Shown piece after piece: positions 53,370-64,000 of a DNA stretch of 64,000 bases. The notes below the pieces were generated by a model. The model did no database searches, was not told the DNA's origin, and saw nothing but the letters and a program-made list of their open reading frames with translations. The DNA comes from Octopus sinensis. Its lineage: Eukaryota. The stretch is from positions 1,228 to 65,227 of the forward strand of contig NW_021833976.1 of NCBI RefSeq assembly GCF_006345805.1, written 5' to 3'. Position numbers and translations under genes: made by a program. Within the stretch, counting starts at the first letter, position 1. Every line of letters begins with the position of its first letter.

Positions 53370-54200
53370 TGGCTTCATGCTCTTAATTAATGGGGCTAGA
53401 GTCATTCCAGGTTGCTTGTGCAGGGGCGACATCGTGCGTAGAACCGACCAGGTTCACCAGGGTTCTCCATGGATGGCGGTCTTGTGCCAGCCCTTCGGTA
53501 TCCTCGGAGGTGACGTCGTGCTTCTGGAGGTGTCTCCAATGACGTCCTGCCGTCTGGTGTGGGGATTGCCTTAAGGCGTCTTCCAGCCCACAACTACTAA
53601 GTCGAATGGGAGAATCCGTGTAAAATGTATTTCTTTACTACCCACAAGGGGCTAAACACAGAGGGGACAAACAAGGACAGACAAACAGATTAAGTCAATT
53701 ACATCGACCCCAGTGCGTAACTGGTACTTTATTTATCGATCCCGAAAGGATGAAAGGCAAAGTCGACCGCAGCGGAATTTGAACTCAGAACGTAACGGCA
53801 GACGAGATACGGATACGCATTTCGCCCGGCGTGCTAACGTTTCTGCCAGTTCGCCGCATTGTAAAATGATCTAGCGGGAAACGCGCAAACGATGGATAGC
53901 TATGGGTTGGGAAGTTGCAGCTGATACGTCCTTGGTCTCTGTTCTTTGTTGGAAACATGACATCATCCAATATTTCCGATGGCTTTCAGGACTCTACAAT
54001 CGAAACCATCGATACTCTTCGCCGGGGTCTTTGAGAGGGGCGACCTTTCTGCAACATACAGGAGAATGGAAAGGATCGATACACTGTAGGTGCGAAGTTT
54101 TGTCTTCCGAAATATAGCGGAGGGGCACCAGTGAGACTTCCATAGGGAGCACATGAATCACGTCGGCCAGTCACAGGTTCAGTTCGTCTCCGGGAGCAGT
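53370..54200 (-). mobile_element. Decayed RTE-clade LINE 3' region, split by SINE-B
   Basis: KTKLRTYSVSILSILLY..E and FDCRVLKAIGNI, then LAQDRHPWRTLV beyond the SINE. Confidence 0.75.
53628..53859 (-). mobile_element. SINE-B nested in RTE, 9-bp TSD TGTAAAATG
   Basis: TSD at 53619-53627 and 53860-53868. Confidence 0.92.
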
Positions 54201-54543
54201 ACATTGTTTTAACATTCTGAATAAAAAGTAGTTGTCAGCTACTTCATTTACGTCTTATTGGGAAGGACACAAATATTGATTCTCGTCATATCCCTTAATT
54301 CTGAAGATCTTGACTATGCTTATTAGCACAGTTTAGCAGGAAATGCATCATTTATAATATTGTTGCTACTTGCTCTACCTCAGATCTATACAGACGTAAG
54401 CCGTTGGTTCATTGTTGTTAAGCGTTGAGTCCCTACACTGAGCAATTGTCGGCTTTATGATATCACCATAGTAGGAATGCACACGCATATCACACAAGTC
54501 ACACACACAAACACACACATATATATATATGTATGTAACTATG

Positions 54544-54609
<66 letters not shown>

Positions 54610-54614
<5 letters not shown>

Positions 54615-54832
54615 CTTTACTACCCACAAGGGGCTAAACACAGAGGGGACAAACAAGGACAGACAACGGATGAAGTCGATTACATCGACCCCAGTGCGTG
54701 ACTGGTAATTTATTTATCGACCCGGAGGGATGGAAGGCAAAGTCGACCTCGGCGGAATTTGAACTCAGAACGTAACGGCAGACGAAATACGGCTACGCAT
54801 TTCGCCCGACGTGCTAACGATTCTGCCAGCTC
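54610..54832 (-). mobile_element. SINE-B
   Basis: Reverse complement, flanked by TA and CA repeats. Confidence 0.9.
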
Positions 54833-54871
54833 ACACACAACACACACACACGCATATATATATATATATAT

Positions 54872-57440
54872 ATAATTTAACAATTGAGGGCCAAATTAAT
54901 TAATTATTAATCAATTTCACCAAGTGTTCAGTATGCAAAGGGACCATTCAAGGCGAATTAAATTATTACATTATATAAAAGGGCTAGTAAATAAATTACT
55001 TTGCCGCATACTGAACAATTAGAAATAGCAGCTAAAAAACTTTTTTAGGCTATTTCTAAACTTAAAGAAAATCTCTCTCATATATAGTGTTGCATAATTT
55101 AACTCACAAAAGTTGGGGTAATGACATCGAAAAATCAAATGCTAAGGTTATTCGAGAACGTACGTTCAAGATTAGTCAAAACAACATTTCTATCATCGGC
55201 TCGGAAATTCTTGGTTTGGATTGGAAATACTGAATAAGAACATACCCTCTCGAAGATCTGCTCCCAACTAACAGTGTCAACAAATTCAAAATAAGCAAGC
55301 GAAGAATCTCTGTTCTCCTTTCCACCAGCGTGGTTAAATCATCAAACTCTATGCTTATTTCGGTAAAGTCCGAAGCATTAATCAGAGGGAGATTAATTAT
55401 AATTTCAACAATTGAGGGCAAAAGAATTAAATTATATCAATTCACCAAGTGTTCAGTATGCAAAGGGCCATTCAAGGCGAATTCAAATTATTACATTATA
55501 TAAAAGGGCTTAGTAAAATAAATTACTTTGCCGCATATGAACTCATTAGAAATAGCAGCTAAAAAACTTTTTTAAGGCTATTTAATACTTAAGAAAATCT
55601 CTATATATATAGTGTTTGCATAATTAATCACAAAAGTTTGGGGTAATGACATCGAAAAATAATGCTAAGGTTATTCGAGAACGTAGTTTCAGATTAGTCA
55701 AAACAACATTCTATCATCGGCTCGGAACATTCTTGGTTTGGATTGGAAATACTGAAAATAAGAACATACCCTCTCGAAGATTGCTCCCAACTAACAGTGT
55801 CAACCAATTCAAAATAAGCAAGCGAAGAATCTCTGTTCTCCCCTTTCCACCAGCGTGGGTTAACATCATCAAAATCTATGCTTATTCGGTAAAGTCCGAA
55901 GCATTAATCAGAGGGAGATAATTATAATTTCAACAATTGCGGGCAAAATTAATTAATTATTAATCAATTTCACCAAGGGTTCAGTATGCAAAGGGACCAT
56001 TCAAGGCGAATTCAAATTATTAATTTATAAAAGGGCTTAGTAAAATAATTACTTTGCGCATACGAACTCATTAGAAATAGCAGATCTTCGAGAGGGTATG
56101 TTCTTATTTTCAGTATTTCCAAATCCAAACCAAGGAATTTCCGAGCCGATGATAGAAATGTTGTTTTGGACTAATCTTGAAACGTACGTTCTCGAATACT
56201 TAGCATTTGATTTTTGCGATGTCATTCCCCCAAACTTTGTGAGTTAATTATGCAACACTATATAGAGAGATTTTCTTTAAGTATTAGAAATAGCCTTAAA
56301 AGTTTTTTAGCTGCTATTTCTAATGATTCAGTATGCGGCAAAGTAATTATTTTACTAGCCCTTTTATATAATGTAATAATTTGATTCGCCTTGAATGGCC
56401 CTTTGCATACTGAACACTTGGTGAAATTGATTATAATTAATTAATTTTGCCCTCAATTGTTGAAATTAAATTAATCTCCCTCTGATTAATGCTTCGGACT
56501 TTACCGAAATAAGCATAGAGTTTGATGATGTTTAACCCACGCTGGTGGAAAGGGGAGAACAGAGATTCTTCGCTTGCTTATTTTGAATTTGTTGACACTG
56601 TTAGTTGGGAGCAGATCTTCGAGAGGGTATGTTCTTATTTTCAGTATTTCCAATCCAAACCAAGGAATTTCCGAGCCGATGATAGAAATGTTGTTTTGAC
56701 TAATCTTGAAACGTACGTTTCGAATAACCTTAGCATTTGATTTTTCGATGTCATTACCCCCAAACTTTGTGAGTTAAATTATTGCAAACACTATATATGA
56801 GAGAGATTTTCTTAAGTATTAGAAATAGCCTTAAAAAAGTTTTTTGCTGCTATTTCTAATGAGTTCAGTTGCGGCAAAGTATTTATTTTACTAAGCCCTT
56901 TTATATAATGTAATAATTTGAATTCGCCTTGAATGGTCCCTTTGCATACTGAACACTTGGTGAAATTGATTAATAATTAATTAATTTTGCCCTCAATTGT
57001 TGAAATTATAATTAATCTCCCTCTGATTAATGCTTCGGACTTTACCGAAATAAGCATAGAGTTTGATGATGTTACCCAGCTGGTGGAAAGGGGAGAACAG
57101 AGATTCTTCGCTTGCTTATTTTGAATTTGTTGACACTGTTAGTTGGGAGCAGACTTCGAGAGGGTATGTTCTTATTTTCAGTATTTCCAATCCAACCAAG
57201 GAATTTCCGAGCCGATGATAGAAATGTTTTTTGACTTCTTGAAACGTACGTTCTCGAATAACCTTAGCATTTGATTTTTCGATGTCATTACCCCCCCAAC
57301 TTTTGTGAGTTATATGCAAACCTATATATGAGAGAGATTTTCTTTAAGTATTAGAAATAGCCTTAAAAAAGTTTTTTAGCTGCTATTTCTAATGAGTTCA
57401 GTATGGGCAAAGTAATTTTTTTACTAAGCCTTTTATATAA
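54872..57440. mobile_element. HHR family F3: ~530-bp tandem array with central inversion (five HHR motifs)
   Basis: Units at 54872-56083 in one orientation and 56079-57440 inverted; HHR motifs at 55153-55203 (-), 55676-55724 (-), 56142-56194 (+), 56672-56722 (+), 57208-57256 (+); (TA)n at both ends. Confidence 0.88.
56142..56194 (+). ncRNA. Type I hammerhead motif (F3), U4C core, 8-nt palindromic stem III
   Basis: CGAG-CCGATGA-T-AGA...TCT-T-GAAA-CGTACGT-T-CTCG; predicted cleavage after 56190. Confidence 0.7.
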
Positions 57441-57672
<232 letters not shown>

Positions 57673-58708
57673 ACGATATGCCGACATCCACATTCATACT
57701 GCGCGTGCTCAGTCATCCATTTCTTCAATCCAGAGGGATTTGACACACACTCAAATATTCTAAATAGATACTCAACGCACGAAAGAAGAGAGAGATTTAC
57801 ACACGAGCATCGATTACTGAAACTTCTCACCACACACGCATATCACCACAAATTATAAGAGACGGCGGCGTCGAATGTGTGCAACATGAACAAACTCTTC
57901 CCTGCGTATTTAATCTGTAGCATACTGTTATTCCTCAATTGAACATCGACACTAATCGCGTAGACCTATCTTGAAGGATATTCCAGGTATGACCAAATCA
58001 TCGGTGTTTCGTGTGCAAAGAACACAGAAACACATTATGCAACCTTATTCTCTTTTTTTTTCTAAATACTGGAAAAGTAATAAAACAGAGAATTAGCGAT
58101 TTTGTTTCTGCCTCGAGCAACGACACACCTGAGCATAGATACGAGCAAATATTTCGTATGCATAGTATGTGGATGCTGTCTATGCATTTGTGAGAGTTCG
58201 TAAATATTTGCATATATTTGTGTGTGTATTATGGTGTGTTGTGCTGTGTGTGTATGTGCGTGTGATTTATGGCGTATTACCACAGATTATAACTTGTCAA
58301 AGTCATTCTGCTTTTTGTCCTATAATATGAATAGAGATTATGAATATTTGATAAAATAAACGTGATGATACATTTACTGTGTATGAAGTAATGAAGACAA
58401 ATATGTACTTTAGTAGCGTGAGGATTAGTGGGGAGGATATTTATAGTGACATTATAGTAATAATGTTAGTAATAGTAGTAGTGGTATAGCGGAGAAGTCT
58501 AATTAAGTATAGGAATAATACTTTGATGGATATGTAATGGTAAACATCTATACGGTGGCAGTGGATGGTGGTTGTTCGTCGTAGCCGTCGTTGCCGTCGT
58601 GCTGGTGTTGCTAGTGGTGGTGGTAGTGATGGTGGTGCTGGCAAGCTTTGGGGATGGGTCCTGTTTCTGTTGGTGTTAGTGATTTCTCTATTGTTGTTAT
58701 TATGTAAA

Positions 58709-59112
58709 CTCTTTTACTTGTTTCAGTCATTTGACCGCGGCCATGCTGGAGCACCGCCTTTAGTCGAGCAAATCGACCCCGGGACTTATTCTTTGTAAGC
58801 CCAGTACTTATTCTATCGGTCTCTTTTGCCGAACCGCTAAGTGACGGTGACATAAACACACCAGCATCGGTTGTCAAGCAATGCTAGGGGGACAAACACA
58901 GACACAAGCATATACACACACACTTATATATGCATATATACATATATACGATGGGCTTCTTTCAGTTTCCGGCTACCAAATCCACTCACAAGTCATTGGT
59001 CGGCCCGAGGCTATAGTAGAAGACACTCACCCAAGGTGCCACGCAGTGGGACTGAATCCGGAACCATGTGGTTGGTAAGCCAGCTACTTACCACACAGCC
59101 ACTCCTGCGCCT
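58709..59112 (-). mobile_element. SINE-A
   Basis: Full-length reverse-complement copy. Confidence 0.92.
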
Positions 59113-59827
59113 ATGTATGATCATAGTTTTGAATTTTTGAAACGCCATGCTGATTTTGGTGAAGGCCGTGTTGATGTTAGTATGGTGGTAGTGTTTATGT
59201 GGGTAAAATGGCATGTAACTGCCTCATTGGTGATATTTCAGCGTTTACTAAGAGTCTTTTGCACACATTCTGGTTAGTGCATCTCGTGTGCAATGCTTTG
59301 ACTTGGATAAATCGTTAACATTATGACTGAATAATCGAAAAAATAAACGTGAATCGTAACTTGAATTTAAGTGTTATTTCAGCAATACAGCTAAATCTGA
59401 ACGACAGATTGCCGTAAAAGAAATGGACACATGTCTAGGTGACATGTGGGACGGCTTCAATGGGGATATGTTAACACAGATCTCTGTAATTGTTGCGGAA
59501 ATGTTCCGGTGGAAGTTTTTAATCATATTGTGTCCACGTTTACTCCATCCACGCAACTATTATGTTCTTCAAGAAAAATTATGAATGAGAAGTGATGCTG
59601 ATTTGGAGTTTAATTTTTTGTAGATGAAGGCACAGAGTAGAACCTTTCCCATTGGTCATTTCGTGAAATTGAATTTAAAAACAATAATTATTTCAGAAAA
59701 CTATGAGACGCGATGAATTCAGTATTAGATGAGAAATAGATAATTATTGTTGCTTCGAGAATATCAGAAATAAACGCAGAGAACTTACTACGATAGCCAA
59801 ATATGGATTTAAAAATCCGATACAAGG

Positions 59828-60003
59828 CCAGTATTTTCAGGGGAGGGAGGGGTAAGTCGATTAAATCAACTCCCGTGTTCAGCTGGTACTTATTTTATCG
59901 GCCGCAAAGGGTTCAAAGATATTGTCTACCTAGGCCAAATGTGAACTCAGATCGTAATGACGGACAAAACACCGTCCAATGTGCTGACGACTCTGGTAGC
60001 TCC
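59828..60003 (-). mobile_element. Old SINE-B-related copy
   Basis: CTGGTACTTATTTTATCGG and GTGAACTCAG match family B with many substitutions. Confidence 0.6.
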
Positions 60004-60868
60004 CCACTCTACGATAGCAAAATATTGAAGAATCATTATGAGCCCTGCAAAAATAAATGTATTTGTCACTGACGTCGAAGCTACAAAGCTAACTGAATTG
60101 ATTTCAGATAGAAAATTAATGATTCGTGATTCTAATAAAGAGACTTGTTTCAGTGAGAAATACGGCATATTGGTTTTTGAGAACGCATTGACAATACTAG
60201 GAAATTGACGTCAATTTGCGGGCTTAGCATAATGCAGATTTAAATTGTATAATGTAAAAGTTACAATGTAAATTAAATAGGATTTGCGTGTTTTGAAGTG
60301 AGGCGATTTAATCAGGTTATATTTAAACTAAATTCATAGAAATAAACCACTTACTGGAAATTCGTCAGTAATTTGACAGCGATCACATGATCTGATATGG
60401 TATAAGTACTTTTTGCTTAAACGAACTCAGAGTGAAGTTACAGTTCATAGCAGAAGTTAACAGAAAGTCGTCGCATTAATGAGAATATCGGTAACTGTGA
60501 ATTGTAAAATAAATTAGCAAAAAGTAAATTTCATACGTTCCAGTAGACGAATAATGAAACGAGCTAACAATTTCTTTTCGCTTCGGTTGCTACATACTAC
60601 TTGAAAGACAGCAGTAAATTGAACGATTGCACGACCAAAAAATAATCGTAATTTTGAAATAAATTATGACAAGTGATCTCTGTTGATATTGTCATATGCT
60701 GCGGAATTACTAATATCTCACAAATATATATATAGGTCATTGAATGTGTAGCGACGTAGCAAATTTGTCATTACAAATATATTCGAAGGTAATAGCTGCA
60801 ACACAAAAATTTAAAAGCTCATATAAATCTTAAATTCTAAAAAAATATATCAATATATTATAGATATA

Positions 60869-61279
60869 GGCGCAGGGGTGGCTGTGTGGTAAGTAGCTTG
60901 CTAACCAACCACATGGTTCCGGGTTCAGTCCCACTGCGTGGCATCTTGGGCAAGTGTCTTCTGCTATAGCCCCGGGCCGACCAATGCCTTGTGAGTGGAT
61001 TTGGTAGACGGAAACTGCAAGAAGCCTGTCGTATATATGTATATATATGTATGTGTGTGTGTTTGTGTGTCTGTGTTTGTTCCCCTAGCATTGCTTGACA
61101 ACCGATGCTGGTGTGTTTACGTCCCCGTCACTTAGCGGTTCGGCAAAAAGAGACCGATAGAATAAGTATTGGGCTTACAAAAAGAATGAGTCCCGGGGTC
61201 GAGTTGCTCGACTAAAAGGCGGTGCTCCAGCATGGCCGCAGTCAAAATGACTGAAACAAGTAAAAGAAAGAAAGAAAGA
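60869..61279 (+). mobile_element. SINE-A
   Basis: GGCGCAGGGGTGGCTGTGTGG head; tail grades into (GAAA)n. Confidence 0.92.
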
Positions 61280-61681
61280 ATACAATATAACGGCAACCAC
61301 AAATACATAAATATATCCAGGCGATAGTTGCAAGGGTTGCAATTGAACACGGCTGAAAAGGAAAGATAAAACCCAGTGGAATGGGAATGATGCCAGCATG
61401 GACTTGAATAGGCATACTAGTCAGTCGATAGAATAATTGTGGTTTCACATCAGTGGGGAGACTAGAGCGTCGAAGTGTCGTCAAGAGGCAGGCCCCGAAA
61501 CGCTGCATATTCTCTCCTTAGGACTCCTGAAACCTGCACTCGGGAGTTTTCGACTTACTGCAGAGGTTTCAATGCACTGCACTTGCACTATGCATAGTAT
61601 TATTATTATTATTGTTGTTGTTGTTATCATTATTACTATTATTATTATTATTATTATATTATTATTATTATTATTATTATT

Positions 61682-61930
61682 GAGTGAGAGAGCAGTTCAT
61701 GCCATCAAAGTGACACTGGGGTAAAATATACGAAGCCCAATATACCCATCATGACTACCCGTCTGATAAAGGTACACCAGGCACATGCATCACAACCATA
61801 TGTGCGCGACATGGTGATCTCATATCAAGATAAACAGCGCATGAATTTGCAGGTGGGGCCCAGTTAGAATTTTCTTCAGGTCGAGTAGCCCATCCCGCTC
61901 AAAAGGTCCCTGAATAAGGGTTGTTTAAGG
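61682..61930 (-). mobile_element. Probable non-LTR retrotransposon 3' fragment embedded in (TAA)n
   Basis: 249-bp GC-richer insert flanked on both sides by long (ATT)n; clade (R4/Dong-like) is inferred only from target type. Confidence 0.45.
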
Positions 61931-62002
<72 letters not shown>

Positions 62003-62009
62003 GTAACAT

Positions 62010-62470
62010 ATAGTATAATTATAAACAGGGCAAAAAATGAACAACCATGATCGATGTTCGAACCTTACTGGGTTTTCATCAGAGATGCCTACATTATCCT
62101 GAAATGCTTTTGAGTTGCGTGTATTTACTATATATACATAATTGAGTTGAAAACTGTCTTATGACATTTCACTTAACGTCTATGTCCACTGCTCGCATGG
62201 ATTCGAGAGTTATTAATGTAGAAATTTGGTATCTCAGCTACTAGCATTTGAAACCCACGGAATCTAGAAGGTGTTTTTAAATTTCATTATTGTCTTTAAC
62301 CCGAGCAACGCCGGGTATTTCTGCTAGTATGGTATAATTATAAACCGTGCAAATTTTAAAGCCATTTGTCTGTAGACTGAAAAAAATGATGAACAATCTT
62401 AATCGATTTTCAAATCTTATTGGGTACTCTTCAGAGGCGGCTGCATCATTCTGACAGTCACCAGAGAATC
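62010..62470 (-). mobile_element. Old ~350-bp tandem pair with decayed HHR motifs (F7)
   Basis: Motifs at 62046-62086 (ATCT-CTGATGA-AAACC/GGTT) and 62396-62438 (CTGAAGA...GAAA-ATCGAT-TA-AGAT); both units open with GTATAATTATAAAC. Confidence 0.5.
62296..62327 (+). mobile_element. Helitron 3' terminus
   Basis: CCCGAGCAACGCCGGG hairpin, then CTGCTAG|T; 5' end not located. Confidence 0.65.
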
Positions 62471-62677
62471 AAACAGCTAAACTGTTCATATACTCGACAA
62501 ATGCAGCAGTTTCTCTATGAAAGAGTCCTTAATTTGCATAACGAAAGTGTTTAGCACTCTATAAATACCAATCGGCCTTTCAACGGAGATGTTAGTCCAC
62601 ACAGTATCATGGTATGATATAATAAATATGTAACATGTCGTATAATTATGGCAAGTTTTTAGCCATTTCTGCGCAAG

Positions 62678-62885
62678 GCAGCGAACTGGTAGAATCATTA
62701 GCACGGCGGGCGAAGTGCTTTGCGATATTTCGCCCGTTACTACATTCTGAGTTCAAACTCTGCCAACGTCTATTTATCTTTTCCTCCTTTCGGGTTCAAT
62801 AAAGTAAGTACCAGTTGAACACTAGGTTCGATGTAATCGACTCATCCCCTCCCCTAAAATTGCAGCCCTTTTGCCAAAATTTGGC
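62678..62885 (+). mobile_element. Old SINE-B-related copy with alternative tail
   Basis: GAGTTCAAACTC B box, CCTTTCGGG core, CCCCTCCCC tail. Confidence 0.7.
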
Positions 62886-63004
62886 ATACGTGATTATTCG
62901 TGTGTAGAATATGATTGACTGACTAAATGTTTGTGTAATTGTGCTTGCTTCGAGAAATATATTTCTGCTATATCTTTAAGCCTTAGACAAACATGTTACA
63001 TATA

Positions 63005-63423
63005 GGCACAGGAGTGGCTGTGTGGTAAGTAGCTTGCTAACCAACCACATGGTTCCGGGGGTTCAGTCTCACTGCGTGGCACCTTGGGCAAGTGTCTTCT
63101 ACTATAGCCTCGGGCCGACCAAAGCGTTGTGAGCGGATTTGGTCGACGGAAACTGAAAGAAGCCCGTCGTATATATGTATATATATATATGTATATGTGT
63201 GTGTTTGTGTGTCTGTGTTTGTCCCCCTAGCATTGCTTGACATCCGATGCTGGTGTGTTTATGTCCCCGTCATTTAGCGGTTCGGCAAAGAGAGACCGAT
63301 AGAGAGAGTACTGGGCTTACAAAGAATAAGTCCCGGGGTCGAGTTGCTCGACTAAAAGGCGGTGCTCCAGCATGGCCGCAGTCAAATGACTGAAACAAGT
63401 AAAAGAGTAAAAGAGTAAAGAGT
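63005..63423 (+). mobile_element. SINE-A
   Basis: Full length with (GTAAAAGA)n tail. Confidence 0.92.
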
Positions 63424-64000
63424 ATAGCAACGATACCTGATCGAGTATAAACCTGATCGAGTCGAAAATATGGCAGTTTTACTAGGATTTAAAAGACTGC
63501 TTTAGGTGTGCATTAAACCTCTTGAAAATAATGACATCTACGTCATGACGGTTACTATTGTTTCATCGTGAGTACTGAGTGTTGGTTGAGGTTTTACAAT
63601 TCGGAACTCACTGTAAGGGCTTCTGGAATAAGCCTTAAATGACACGCGCAAATGTTATTAGGGCAAATGTTTGTTGGGTAAAGATTTTTAGATATATCAG
63701 ACGATATTTTGAATGAAACGAATTCTTCAATACGTTCTTTTTTAAGGCGTGATTGAGTCGGTGGACGAGCGAAATTGGGGAATACCTTGTCAGCTGCTAG
63801 TAACAAAACAACTGTGCAACGAAGTTGTTCAGTTGAGATATATATTTTCAATGCATATTGAAATAAATGTGTCATTGTTAGGATGTGTATCAGATTAGTG
63901 ACCAAAGTTTTACCGATAAGGAAGAAAGATCTTGGAAAACGGTATATAGAACGGAAATGAGCAAATTTGTGGCCTGTTGAACTCCGGATTAGACAGAGCA

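Noticed and set aside
59370-59580. Cys-containing frame (YVNTDLCNCCG) suggesting an EGF/Ly6 exon
   Set aside because: In-frame stop upstream and Cys spacing does not match either family
63594-63905. 103-aa non-repetitive ORF on the - strand
   Set aside because: No recognisable domain or clear splice context; an ORF of this length can occur by chance; needs BLAST

Overview
AT-rich, microsatellite-dense, repeat-dominated animal DNA. The repeat content looks like octopus/coleoid cephalopod DNA (inference; no database search was run). I found no confident host protein-coding gene. Almost all ORF-track entries are microsatellite or SINE read-through; there is only a weak candidate first exon (~27.5-27.7 kb) and a 48-bp micro-exon (48,556-48,603). 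The window holds about 30 dispersed tRNA-type SINEs from 4 families (working names A-D), decayed LINE fragments (L1/Tx1, RTE, CR1/L2-like), non-autonomous Helitrons, MITEs and mariner ends. Two things stand out. (1) At least seven different short repeat families carry type I hammerhead-ribozyme (HHR) motifs, most with palindromic stem III (dimer type). Several have non-canonical cores (U3-A8, U4C, A6U). They occur as 284-, ~530- and 554-bp tandem units and as fold-back inversions, which is the architecture of Penelope-like pseudo-LTRs / non-LTR retrozymes. (2) A 5.7-kb satellite (16.1-21.8 kb) is built from about 28 head-to-tail SINE-B units joined at a GGTAT motif. The same motif starts the target-site duplication of two independent SINE-B insertions, suggesting self-targeting. 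All structures were paired by eye; folding, cleavage and novelty are untested.
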